Origin: the human T2T-CHM13v2.0 reference genome, Homo sapiens
DNA: 64,000 nucleotides
Strand: one strand, 5' to 3'
NCBI RefSeq assembly: GCF_009914755.1
Contig: NC_060940.1
Part shown: positions 13,881-26,671 of the stretch, piece by piece
Layout of the letters: each line of letters starts with the position of its first letter
Position numbering within the stretch: position 1 is the first letter of the stretch
Notes under the pieces: model-generated
Seen by the model: the letters and a program-made list of their open reading frames with translations, nothing else
Database searches by the model: none
Told to the model about the DNA's origin: nothing
Made by a program: the position numbers and the translations under genes

Positions 13881-15071
13881 TAATTTGTCCAAAAATCTTC
13901 AGACACTGGGCCTTGAGCCCACATGATTTGACTACTGAGTTTAATGCTGAAGCCCTGAGCCCACAAACTCAAGTCATTGCGCTAGTTGAGCAATATTTGA
14001 AAAGTACGGTGAAAGATGGGAAAGGAAGAGGGAGAGAAGTAAAAGCATAACGGGGTGGTTAGACCACTGAGAATAATATTTGTACTGGAAATATTCAAGT
14101 AAGCAGTGAACTAGGAGCAAAAGGAGGAGAGAGAGGAACAAGAATGTTATCAGGCATCGCTCCGTAAGCTTAGACTTTTAACATAAGGAAGCAAATTTAA
14201 ACTGGAAAGGCAGGCTATGTAGGAAAAAGTATACACAAGCCTTTATAGGGTACGTCCCTCAGTCTCTTCAAGTGTTCAGCCATCTCAGTGTCTGCCCTAG
14301 AATTGGAGAATTTTATTTCAAACTGTGACCACTCACATGGAAGATTAATCTTGACCATGAATGACTCTTATGTCAAAAAACTGCATCCTAGTCCGCACAA
14401 GGATTCTACAGAGACCTTCCTTGCCAGTGCTAGATTTGTATGAAATGATAGCATTTTGATATGTATATTAACACTAGTTTACACACACGCACACACACTC
14501 ATATATACTCACAGTTCTCTAGTCTGAAAGTATTAAAAGGAGCCATCGTAGCTTCAGTGTAATTCATGAATTCATGAACTGCAATTTTGCTGTTAGTTGA
14601 AATTAATTTAACAAGTAAAGGCATTTATGCAGTTATGGTTGCTACTGTGCTGTTTTCTTAACTACTTCAATAATAAGGCATTCATCTTAAATCCTTAGAT
14701 ATTCCAGAAAATTCCAATCATGAGATAAAGAGATGAATGTGAAATAGTTAATTTGGACTGTTGGAATATGCTTTAAGAGGCAAGAAGCCATGAAATTATC
14801 TTTTTCTTCTTTAGAAATAAACACAAGTTATAACACAAAGTGGTTTGATCCCCATCTCCACCTTGATACTCTCCATTGCAGAGATTTGCAACTAAAAATG
14901 TTTGTCGATGCCCAGTGCCCCTTTCAGCTTGGTGGGCCAGTCCCAAGGCTTGGTGAAGTAAGAGAGAAGCAAACTTGTAAATGAATTGCTCTGGAATTTG
15001 TCTGACTTATGCATTCTCTTTTATTTATTTCATTTTTGCATTGAAAACATTACATTTCTGTTTCCTTATAG

Positions 15072-15114
15072 AGTAGTGTATCAAGAGCCTGTGTATGGCA
15101 ATAAATTGCTGCAG
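15072..15114 (+). CDS. RBFOX1: RBFOX1 muscle-type mutually exclusive exon M43 (43 nt), (G)VVYQEPVYGNKLLQ
   Basis: Acceptor tttctgtttccttatag| and donor CAG|gtatga, 43 nt. Same phases as B40 (2 in, 0 out), and the peptide is visibly paralogous to B40 (VVYQ...YG). Confidence 0.95.
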
Positions 15115-15176
15115 GTATGAAATCCCGACTGGTGGAGAAACTCATCACTATGATTGTGGGTTTGCTGTGAAATCCT

Positions 15177-15191
15177 TACTAACAAGATAAT
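15177..15191 (+). promoter_or_regulatory. Bipartite QKI response element downstream of M43
   Basis: TACTAAC-aaga-TAAT matches ACUAAY-N(1-20)-UAAY, about 63 nt after the M43 donor. Confidence 0.6.
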
Positions 15192-16080
15192 TCTGGGGAG
15201 GGGAACAGTTCTCTAACATAGGAGGAAAGACTTAACTGAATTTTCCAGTTTTAATATGAAATCTCCTAGAATAGAGGTGAGGTGGCTATCCCTGTATCTA
15301 TCAGTATATCCACTGTGTTGTGGCAGTTTCTTCCAAATATGGGTGCTGTTTCCATGACTGAGTGCTGTTAGCTGGCCTCAGCCATGAGCTTTGTTAGATC
15401 CTGAGTGTGTCAAATGGTGGTCTAGCTTGGCTGTTAATTTTTTAGTTTAAAAGCTATCTGGACTCAATCAGTATAAATCCAATGAAAATAATTCAAGGTT
15501 CTAATTGAACCAATTGTCTGGATAATTTTTTAGTAGGTTCCCAGAGTGAACCGGAATGGGGTTAAATCAAGAATCTCATGTGCAACATTAAGGGCCAGCA
15601 TACCTGACATCTAACATAACCCTCCCTGGTCTTAGTAGAGCTGATCAGAAATTTATTTCAAGCCTGTTGTTATAGCTTTTAAACCTATTTCTCACTGCTA
15701 AAGCAACCACCAACTGAACAAATTTGTAGGAAGAAAAAAAGTCAACATATTCATTGGAATGTGGCTGGCCTAGAGTCTCCAAATTTGGTCTATTACCCAC
15801 ATTGAAACCGTCAAATAAGATGAATGTCAAACTGAGGATGATCAGTGAGAGTTGTAGGACATTACTTTCCCTATCTCTGCAATTCCCTTTTTTCTTCAGT
15901 ATTATGAGTGAATTACGAAAGTACTTTTTGTAAACCATGAGAATTGACTGAGTTTTAATTAAAACCTGAATGTGAGAAAGAGGTACTTTGACCTAGTAAA
16001 GAGCAATATGGTTAAAATTCCTGAGATGAACTTTCACTGTCACATTTCAAGAGAACTGGACCTCCAACTGCCACCCTTCA

Positions 16081-16440
<360 letters not shown>

Positions 16441-16944
16441 TCATTTTAAAATGTTCTTATAAGTATTATATAGTAAATAAGATTTAAGTTGTATGTGTAT
16501 ATACCAGCACACCTGTTTTGCACCAAGTGAGACTTGACCCTTGCATATTTTCATCATAAAGGGAGCCTTTACCCCTAGTTAAGCTGATTTACTTTCCTAT
16601 GCACTCCAGCTGAAGGAAGCATGCGTAACACGTACATGTTACAGTCCTACCGACGCCCACGTCTCCCTAGCACACACAGGTTTCCCCTCCCCTATTTCAC
16701 TGTTTGGCCGGTAGAACATTTATTTTCAAAAGTGATCTAAAGTGAAAACTTTGATTTAAGCCTCAAATTCTCTGAGATGCCTTGGAGGTCCCTCAGTGTT
16801 CATGAATATTGTCCCAAGGAGTTCCACAAACAGAGTAACCAGTTTAATTTAACTGAGCATCTGCCAAACCAGTTTGGTTGTGGAAATTTTCCTTTCCTTG
16901 CCACCATTAATACCCCACAAGCATAATTTTGAAACTGCTTTATT

Positions 16945-17080
16945 AGCTAGGCACAGTGGCTTACACCTGTAATCCCAGCACTTTGGGAGGCTGAATTGGG
17001 AGGATCGCTTGATCCCAGGAGTTTGACAGCAGCCTAGGCAACATAGTGAGACCCCATCTCTAGTAGTAATAAGAGAACAA
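16945..17080 (+). mobile_element. Alu monomer (FLAM-like)
   Basis: Left-arm-only Alu with tgctttatt on both flanks. Confidence 0.85.
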
Positions 17081-17783
17081 AATGCTTTATTGGAGCATCA
17101 TTTGAGGTGCTTAATGGGTAACTACCTCAAAGGACCTCTAGAGGTTTTGCTAACAAAGGAAACTTCTCAGTCCACATGAGTGGATCACTTTGGTGGCCTC
17201 ACTCATTTGGTGGTGGTGGCAACAAGATGCACAATGACAATTTGAAATTTTTATATAAGGTTACATTTATATTTTGCTGCCCATCCTGTGAAGAAATAAA
17301 TGTTTCATGAATGGGAGCGTAGAACTATTTTGTGTTTGTCATGCCTCGTTCCTTTGGTTTGGTGGTGGGAAAAATTTAATTGTCAATGACACGTTTTTGT
17401 CAAATGATCTCGGAAGACCAGGTTCAACATGAACATGGTCTGGTGACAGCAATTGAAAGTGAGTGTTCCTTTTACAGACATCACTGTGGAACCTTGAAGA
17501 AGTTCTGGATATGCTCAGTGAGCTGCAAAATACAGAGCGATAAAATTGATTCAAGTCACCTGTTAGGAAAATTAAAGCAATTTGTATTTTTGTATGTAAA
17601 GCAATTTATATTTTACAGTGTATGTACACATACACTGAGTTAATACACAACTCTCATTTCCCTAGTATGAATTGCATACAGAAGAAAAATAGCAAAGGAA
17701 GACCATGCAGTAAAGATAGAGGAGAGATAAAACCACCCTAATCCCTTTTTCCCTAATTATTACATGTTTCAGGGATCATTTAG

Positions 17784-17990
17784 GCTGGTATTGTCCAATC
17801 CTTTGGCCACCAGTCCCCATGTGGCTATTTACATTTAAATTCAAATTAACTGAAAAGTAAATTTAAAAATCAGTTCATTGCACTAGTTACCTTTCAAGAG
17901 TTCAATAGTCATTTACTAGAAGTAGCTACTCTGTTGGACAGCACAGATATAGAACATTCATCTCCAAGTGGTCTACTGCACAGCAATGAG
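17784..17990 (-). mobile_element. MER3-like hAT-Charlie fossil
   Basis: tgtccaat...catgtggctattta...ttggacagcacagatatagaacatt. Confidence 0.75.
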
Positions 17991-20293
17991 ACCACTGATC
18001 AAGGTTTAAAATCTCTCCGCTGGCTCTGGAGAGTTAAGGAAATTGTGATCTTAACCCTTGAATCAGGAATGCTCACAAGCAAATTTCTAGATAATAAAGT
18101 CATAAATAATATCAGAATATTGACGACTTGTGCCCGTCTTGTCTGGAAACACACATTTTCTGTAACTGGCCAAGTCATATGCAAACAGAGTAGAGGTCAT
18201 TTTGAGACCTTCATAGATGACCACATTTGCTGTGCAGCGGAATCCCAGGTGTACACACCTGCATTTGATGTTTCTACTATACATAACCTACTAGTCAGTG
18301 TGGTTCATTTAGTTGTTTGCACCGCAGCAATTCTTCCCATTTATCGGACTCGCTGCCTTCTTCCATTGACTGAAACTAAGGCAGAAGGTGGAGGATATGC
18401 AAAGTTCAAACCAAGAGGCTTGCAAATAGGATGTTGCTAGACATCTTTGGTGGGACCAAATTCAGTCACCAAATCATGATTCACATGGCATCTGATTGCT
18501 GCAAATACTTTTTCTTGTTCCAGAGAGAAGCACATTCATACCACACACATTCTCTCCACTCAAAACTTTAAGCCTGTTGCAGCTAATGTCTTCTGGAAAT
18601 CAGCTAGCCAGTTCTAGCCCCTCCCTACCTCATTAAGTTTAATGTATGTACCTGCACACCTGTATCTTTCTGTGAACTTTATGAAAGCCAAGAAGATGAA
18701 CAAGCTATATAGAAAAATGGCTCCATAAACCTGGTGACCCAATTTCTCTTTAGTCCGTCACTCTGTTGAACTCAGTGCTGTTATAACTGCTTTGGTTTTA
18801 TAACTCCTCAGCACATTTAATGAGTTCCCCATTCCTAATTGGAGAACATAGTATTTGGAACACCAGGTGGCATCTGGCTAAGACCTCTTTTTGTTGTGGT
18901 TAACTTCCATTACCTCTTTAAGGGAAACAAAAAAAAAAAAAACTGGTTCTAAATTATTGGTGATTATGTGGCAGGATGTTTTGGATGTGTCTTCTCCAGG
19001 ACTGATCCAAAGAATAAACTTTAAAAGATAAACTCGTTTCTTTGAATTGCTGTGCAAATGATAGCATATTTACTCTGAAAGTTAACTGTGCAGGAAAGAG
19101 GCAGAAAGAAATTGAGACCCGTGTACCTACATCTTGAAAGAGGCTTTTTGTAGCTTCCCTGCTTCATCTATGTCTTATCGTATTTAGTTTCATGAAGCCA
19201 AATGCCATGAACCTACCTTTCCCTCTCATGATTCTGCTGTTGTATACCTTCTCACACACTACTTTGTCCTGAGTTGCCCCTTTATGGTGATGGTGAGGAC
19301 ACTTACCTCAGAGGATTATGGGACTGTGTGTTCTAATTAGAACCTGAATGGTCCTGTGTTATCAGCGGACACTGGATCCTGTTTAACTGTGCTGAGTTCA
19401 TTGTACACTGGTTGATGTATCATTGTGGTCCACTGAGCAAGAAGCTCTGTTATATTCACAGTTTGATCATCAACGCTCCACTGAACACAATTCCTTTTGA
19501 ATATGCCTATTTGCTCGTCCTCTTTGCTTAATTGAACAATTGCAATTACTGGTACATACAACTAAATGTTAATTATTTTTTCTTTTCAGATTTTTTCTGT
19601 TAATGATTTTATTTACAAATTAGAAGACTATCATATTTTCCACACCAAACAAATTCTCCGTCTGAAGCAGCATGATACATAACCATGTGATATCTTTGGC
19701 CAAAAAGAAATGTTCAGTCATTTTTGTAATAATTGTGTAACATTTAGACAGCTACAGACATTCTTCAATAACATTAGTGGTTTAACAACCAGATAGGTAA
19801 GAGATTACTAATAAACTTTCAATCAAAGGGTGATTTAATAAATATAAAAGACAGGAAAGCATTCACTTTATAAGAAAATAAGAACTGTTTGAATAAAATT
19901 TAAGTTAATATCTGATAAAGGTAAAGCAGAAACAATTTTGAAAATCTGGAAAGTTCAGCAAAGTATAAAGAGTATTTAAATAATTCCCCATAATCCTCTC
20001 CACCCCAAGACAATCGCCATTAACATTTAGGTACATTTTCTTCCAAGGGCCTCTAGGCTCTTCTTTTGGGATGTGCTTATGACCGCTAACCTTTAACATC
20101 CAGCTGGGGTTGGTATTCCACCCCTTGTTTCTCCAGGGTGTTTTTGTATTTTCGCTTTGATACTAAGCTTTCATTAACCTCAACTTTAGCTCAGTAGATT
20201 TGGGTAACGGCTGCTCTGGTGTGGTCTTGCCACTGGGCATCCCTGCATTGGGCTCCGCTACATTCCTGAGTCACATTTCTCCTTGTGTTTTAG

Positions 20294-20358
20294 GGTGGTT
20301 ATGCTGCATACCGCTACGCCCAGCCTACCCCTGCCACTGCCGCTGCCTACAGTGACAG
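20294..20358 (+). CDS. RBFOX1: RBFOX1 65-nt exon, GGYAAYRYAQPTPATAAAYSD(S/R)
   Basis: Acceptor tttctccttgtgttttag| and donor CAG|gtaagg. Translation is the Tyr/Ala-rich RBFOX C-terminal low-complexity region. Confidence 0.97.
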
Positions 20359-20641
20359 GTAAGGGTCATCCTTCTTGTGCTTGACAACTACTTGTAAATT
20401 AACTTAGTTGATGGGAGAGGAGATTCTTGTATGGTCTTGGTGAAACTGCATGACTGCTGGGGGAGGTAGCACCCCAAAAGTTAGGTCCCATGGTGAACGT
20501 GAACTCAAGTCCCCATAGAGAGAGGGCAAATGCTTCAGCCAATTCTAAACTACTCTCTCTGCTGAGACACAAAGAAAATGATAGCCTTGGTCCTTGTGTA
20601 GTTTTTCACATCTCTTAATTTCTGTGACAACGCACCTTGCT

Positions 20642-20680
<39 letters not shown>

Positions 20681-20681
20681 C
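20642..20681. repeat. (CA)n microsatellite
   Basis: Seen directly. Confidence 0.9.
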
Positions 20682-23600
20682 GTACAACCTTCTTATGGTC
20701 TTCCACATAAGACCGCGGTTTCATCTAACTCATAGGAAGAAAAACAGACCATGATCCTACAAGGTTTACTTCAATTTCAAGCCCCTTTCCTTTTTACAAG
20801 GTCTTATACCCAATAAATCATTCCCTCCATTGCATTATTACAATTCTAAATAAAGGAGAGGGAGAGTGTCCCTGGCATTCATAAGGAGATTGATTCTTTC
20901 TAGCAATGCCCAGTGTCCAATCCTACAAACATAAGCCAGCTTTTATTTGTAATGTACACCACATGTTAAGGCAGGCAGTGGAAGGAACACAGTGTGTTTG
21001 AGGAATGCAGAAGTCAGAATGGATGGGCAGGTTGCGGGGGTGGGGCGGAAATCAGGGGTTTCTATCACCCAGGCTGAACAGATGAGTTGGTTCCTGAAAC
21101 AGCAAGCCGTAGCTACTTTTGTATGGTTGCCTTGAAAAGGAAAGTGTGTGTTTTCATATTGAATGCAACTCCTTGGCTCTGTTTTCTGAGGACATAAATG
21201 TGAATGTTCAGATGCTCTGCATGCACAAATGTCATTGAGGGTGCTTATTTTGGTAATGAGTCCTTTATTTTAAAAATATGTTTCACGAATAAAACAATGA
21301 TAACAATTTGCATGTGTGGCTGGGGCATGCTGGGTCAGACAGGTAAGCAGGCGATGTATTTGACTCCTGAATGGGAAGCGTCAGCAGCCTCTGGTCCTCC
21401 TACCTGGCCTGTTGTGATGTAGTTCCTACCTCGGTTTGCTGTGGTGTGCTTTCTCTGCAGTTCCATTCCATTTCTCACGAGACGTGGTGTTAGCTAATTG
21501 TAGCTACAGAATTCTTGCAATATAATAAAGCAGAATAAATCCCTGAATCCTAAAAGCTGCATTTTGAAAACCCCATGCATACACTTGTAACAAATGGCTC
21601 TTTGGCAAGATGGAGTTGAGATCTGCTATCTGGTTCTATGCAGGTATCATTTTCTTATAAGCAGCCATAACAAGTTCTCAAGGCTGTAGGGGGCCTTCAG
21701 AGAAATCCAGACAATTGTCAAGACAAGGTTCTCAATACATAAATTATACATTTACCGAGTAATCAGTTGCCAAGATGCAAAATGTGTTTCATGTAAGTTG
21801 TTATCTCCAACACACTTTGACACTGGATTAGGAAAGTAGAGAGGGTCAATAAGACTAATAAAAATGATGACAATCTTGAAATACTCAAGATCATTCTACA
21901 AAGGAAAAGGCCTAATGTTATTAAATTCTGCACTGAAGCTTCACAAAGTATCAATTGTAATGTGGTTCAGCTGCAACCCTTAATTATTTTTTATGAAAAT
22001 ATCTCTAGATGCTAAATTCTCAAACACCCACTTTGTATATAATTATAATCATAGTAACTCTAGCCTGCTGTATAATTATAAGAATCTTAAACAGATTTGA
22101 TTTATCTTGCTTTTCAGTATAAGTGCATCTATCCCCAAGTTGAAAAAAAAAGATTACAAAGATATGATTTAAATGGACTCCTTCAATAAGACTGGTCTAG
22201 ACATTTAAACAATTAACAATATTTAATGCTATTAGAATTACCTGAGATTCTGGCCATCCCTACTTGCATTCATCTAAACATTTTTAAATTTCTGCATTTT
22301 GGAACACCATACATGTAAAATCTGTTATTTTGATATTATTCAGATTTCTCATTGGCAACATGTCCCACTGAAAGATTGCCCTTGTTCTTGGATTGGTGAA
22401 TCTTTAATAACTGCAATTCCAACTTTAGTACCATAGTTTCAGTTGAAGAAACCAACTAACTAATACTGTTGTCCATATAATTGGCCTCTTGTTGTTCATT
22501 AGAGAAATTTGCACATTTGGTCTTCTTGGTTGCTGTGGAAATTGATAACTATTCCTATTTAACTTTATCATAAGCAAGACACTTGCCACATGGTATTATT
22601 CATTGAAGTAAATTAATTAATAAGTAAATGGACAGAAAGCAATCTTTAAAGTTGTATTTCTGATGTTTTAAAATGTCTATTAAATGGTGCTACTTCCTTT
22701 TATCTGTAATAAGCAGATATTGAGAAAGAATACCTTTTTATAGAAGACACGTTTAGGGGAAAATGTGAAATTATCAGAATAGCTTTTGAATCTAGATTAA
22801 AGATGCCAAGTACCTATAATTTCTCTCAGAAGTAGCAATTGTGTAACCAATTATTTTTATATCATCACAGCATAGAATCAGTAAGTGATGGAAGCTTAGT
22901 TCCTCTTCTGTAGAAGACAGGCAAGATAAAGAAAAACTTAACAGAAAAACTTCGTCCAAAATAGGAAGTAAAATCAGCAGGCATTGAGAATGTTTTGGTA
23001 ATGCTCACTGGTTGTCAGTTGATCAAAAGAGAAACAGCAACAAACTTTCCCTGTAATCATGAGATTCACTCTTCAGACATCTTGAAAGCAAAAGAAGTTT
23101 GATGTCCCCAGTTGGTAGGATTTTACCTTTTTTCAGCACAAATTAAGCCCTCATCAAATGAAAGATTCAGGGATCTTTGAAAAATATTGAACTCCAGTAA
23201 CCTCAGGACTGTCCAGAAGGTCCTTAATGGGCACCTTGCAACTCCCTGCCCATCATCTTCTTGGTTAAATGATCACATGCTGATTATCTCGGAGCAACCT
23301 GAGAGTCTCTGAATGTTGACCTCCAGAAAGAAGACCATCTGGTGTGGGCAGAGATTTCCCCAAAAGAAAAATACCTGACTGGACTAGGTAATTTTATAGT
23401 CTCATTGACAAATTTAATGGGAATAGGTGAACATCTTTTCTTGGCATTTAGGAAACATTTGGCAAAGCACTTGACCTTCACCAAATCTTTATTTCTAATC
23501 TCACTTTGATTTATGCAAAGCCAACTGTCTGAACTTTCAAAGGAGAGCGTTTCCTGAGCTTGAACCAACTGAAGCATGGCAGAGGGGCCTTTGGTCATCC

Positions 23601-26514
23601 GGTCATTGCATGCCACTTGGTGTTGCTGATGTGTCTGTGATACGTTCTGGATTGGACAGGTCCATCACATCAGCTTGATGAATGGCTTGCTTGAATTAAG
23701 CCTGGGGGCAGGCTTCTCTTTATTGATTGGCTCATGGTTTGTGTATTATGACTTGGTTGTTGTTGCATCTTGAAGCAGCCAAACTGGGAGGTGCGGAGGG
23801 GGTGGAAAAGATTCCCTGTTTGATCAACTGTGCCACAAATATTTGGGAAAATGTGATGTGTACATGGCTTTGATGAAAGTGTTATCTCCCCAGACAGACA
23901 GACATTTGTCATGCTTGTCCTGCTTGCTAACACTCTTAACATTTCCTAATGATCAGTGCATGAAAATGTCCCTCCACGTCAGGGCTGAAAGTAGCTAGAT
24001 GCAGACCGCCTAGAGACGGAAGCAAGACAGTTTTTCACTCAGATTTCATCACAGTCCAATTACACTGATAGTTACCAGGGGCCATTTCTTCCACATAAAA
24101 CATGCATTTCTTGTAAAGATCCATGAAAGCCAAGAAGCTTTTGACATTAATTGCGGCACCAGGCCACACAGGTATCTCTAAACTGAGCAAAAGATGGCAA
24201 CCAACATAATTTTGTTTTAATGTATACCTTTTTGGATTCTGAGGCCTTAAAGTTTCACTGCTAATGTAGAGTTAGAAATTGCTACTTTTGTGTGACAAAA
24301 ATGACATATTGGCTCTGTTGTAATATGAAAATATACATATATCTACATAAATGTTACGTAGCTCAACTTAATAGAAATCCAAATAAAATGCCATATTATC
24401 TTCCTCTCTGCACACACACACGTACACACACACACACTCACTTGTGCCTTGGGGCCTCACGAGGGACTTATAAGTGTTTTCAGGTAAAGCTTAATGCAAA
24501 GAGACCAGGGCTTGTTAATTTCAAGTGGTCACAAACTACATGCTAGAGAACGTAAGTTAAATATGACATTCATAACCTATGAATAAAAGGTTCTATTTCA
24601 GAGACAGATTTGTGTTTCTTAGAACCTAGTAAGGATAAGTAGGCATATTTTCAGGTTCATAGAGGATTTAGTCTTATTTTAAAATTATTTAAGTGACAGA
24701 GATAGACATATACATACATCCATGCTTACACATACATAGATGGGTGAAGGATGGGTAGATGGATAGATGGAGATAAATCGATACATAGGTGGGTGGATGA
24801 ATGGAAAAAGAGGGAAGGAAGCAAGGAAGGGACCATCTTTCTGCCCTCTAATATTTCATCATAAGCTAAATACAGAAAATAGGACTAAATCCTTATGCAC
24901 AAAAGATTGTACAAGCTGAACTAAAAAAGTAAAAGGATTTGAGTTGATTTCCATTAGCGCAGGCTACTTCCTGTCTATTTTAGAATTTTTCTGGCCTCAG
25001 ATTTAGTAGTAGAGAAAGGCTGTCATGAAAATAGACAGGCAAATAAGTATATTTACAGTGATATTCCATTTTAATTGGAGTCCTTATCCGATGATATATA
25101 CTAAAAATTAAGGAATTGTCAGCATATAAAGTATATGATCATCCTGAATAGAAAATTTAATTTACCATTTAAGGGCTTATTTTTGTAGGAAGGTTAATTT
25201 TTTAAGAAGATGTTGTATTTTATGGACATTATGTTTTCATTTTTTTTTTCCCATGGGATAGGATATAGTTTAACCTGTGGATAATTTGGAACCCTTAATG
25301 AAAGTACACATGCAAAGCAGACAAAGGGGGCACTTGCTTTGCTTTCCCCAGTCCTCTTATCTGAACCAAGTTTGATAGGGATTGAAAATATTTCTAGCTA
25401 AACAGCAGTAGCAGCCCTTGTTCTTATTCTTTGTGATGTGTGGCAAGGAGAGATCTCAAGATCTTATTCTAGTGCCGTATTGAAAGCAGTATCTCCCAAG
25501 GCCAGTTCAAGACCTGGCACCTGCCTTTGATGGCATATTTACGGTTTATCAAAACAGAAGAACACCAACCATGTAATATGGTTGTCAACCCTCTTTTCTG
25601 GGAAATAGGCTGTATCTATTCTTCCTTCTCACCTGCTGTTTAAAAAGATTTATAAAATTAGAACAATAGCAAACGGTAGTTTTAGACATCCAATTTTGTT
25701 TTTCATGTTCTTCCTTGGCAAAGTAAACATTGGCAACTTTATGCTAGACTCTGTATCATTTTATTTACATTTGCAGTCTCTGAGAAATCTGTTGGAAAAA
25801 TATAGTGAGAGCATTGTAAAACATGGCCATGCCAGAGATGGTATTCTCAGATCAACAAGGAACTGAGGATGGAGTTCTTGGGGGTTCAGAAGGGATGGGA
25901 GAGTTTTCCATGCCATCTTCCCAGCTGGGATACAGACCCAAAGGCAGAGAGAAGCCACTTGCAAGTTTGAGTCTAGGCTGTGGAATCAATACGTGGCAAA
26001 TAAGCCAAAGTCATATCTCTGTGCCATTTTTGATGGTGCTTTGAAGAAGCTGTTCTTGGTTTTAGTTTTTTTTTTTTTTAATCTTTTATTTTTACTCAAC
26101 CTGATGAACTCTCTTGGGTTCTATAATTTTTTAAAAAAAAAAGATGATCTGTCAAGTTGTAATAAGAATGTAGCAGAAATGAGTCACTCATGCCTTTATT
26201 TACATCCTCCTGTGCCCCTGTGTCTAGAAAAGCACGTCCAGGTTTTAGTTAGAACTCCAGGTTGAGCACGTGTACATCTATACATATCTACATGTATAAA
26301 CACACACTTTTTCTTGTTCATTTAAAGTTTACTTTCCTAACAGATCCATTTTGTTGTTGTTGTTTTTTGGGGTTTTTGCCTATTCAGACTCTCCTTAGGA
26401 AGAAAAAGTGAAAGCAATTGTCCTAGACAGCTTTCGGGTAACTAGAAACACACAGTTATACCTGTGAGATTCCTATTACAAAGCACACATGCCAGATAAA
26501 TTTCTTAATACTTC

Positions 26515-26610
26515 TATGTGTGTGTGTGTGTGTATATATACACACACACACATATATACGTATATATGTGTGTGTGTGTATATATACACACACACATATA
26601 TACGTATATA

Positions 26611-26666
<56 letters not shown>
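26515..26666. repeat. Compound (TG)n/(TA)n/(CA)n microsatellite ending in (TA)24
   Basis: 152 nt of strict pyrimidine-purine alternation. Confidence 0.95.

Positions 26667-26671
<5 letters not shown>

Noticed and set aside
17934-18440. 168-aa ORF
   Set aside because: Non-ATG start inside a MER3 fossil, no recognisable domain and no supporting splice structure. Expected by chance in 64 kb.
18856-18874. CTCF-like motif acaccaggtggcatc (and cctctaggtggaac near 51351)
   Set aside because: Each mismatches a key core position and cannot be supported without ChIP data.
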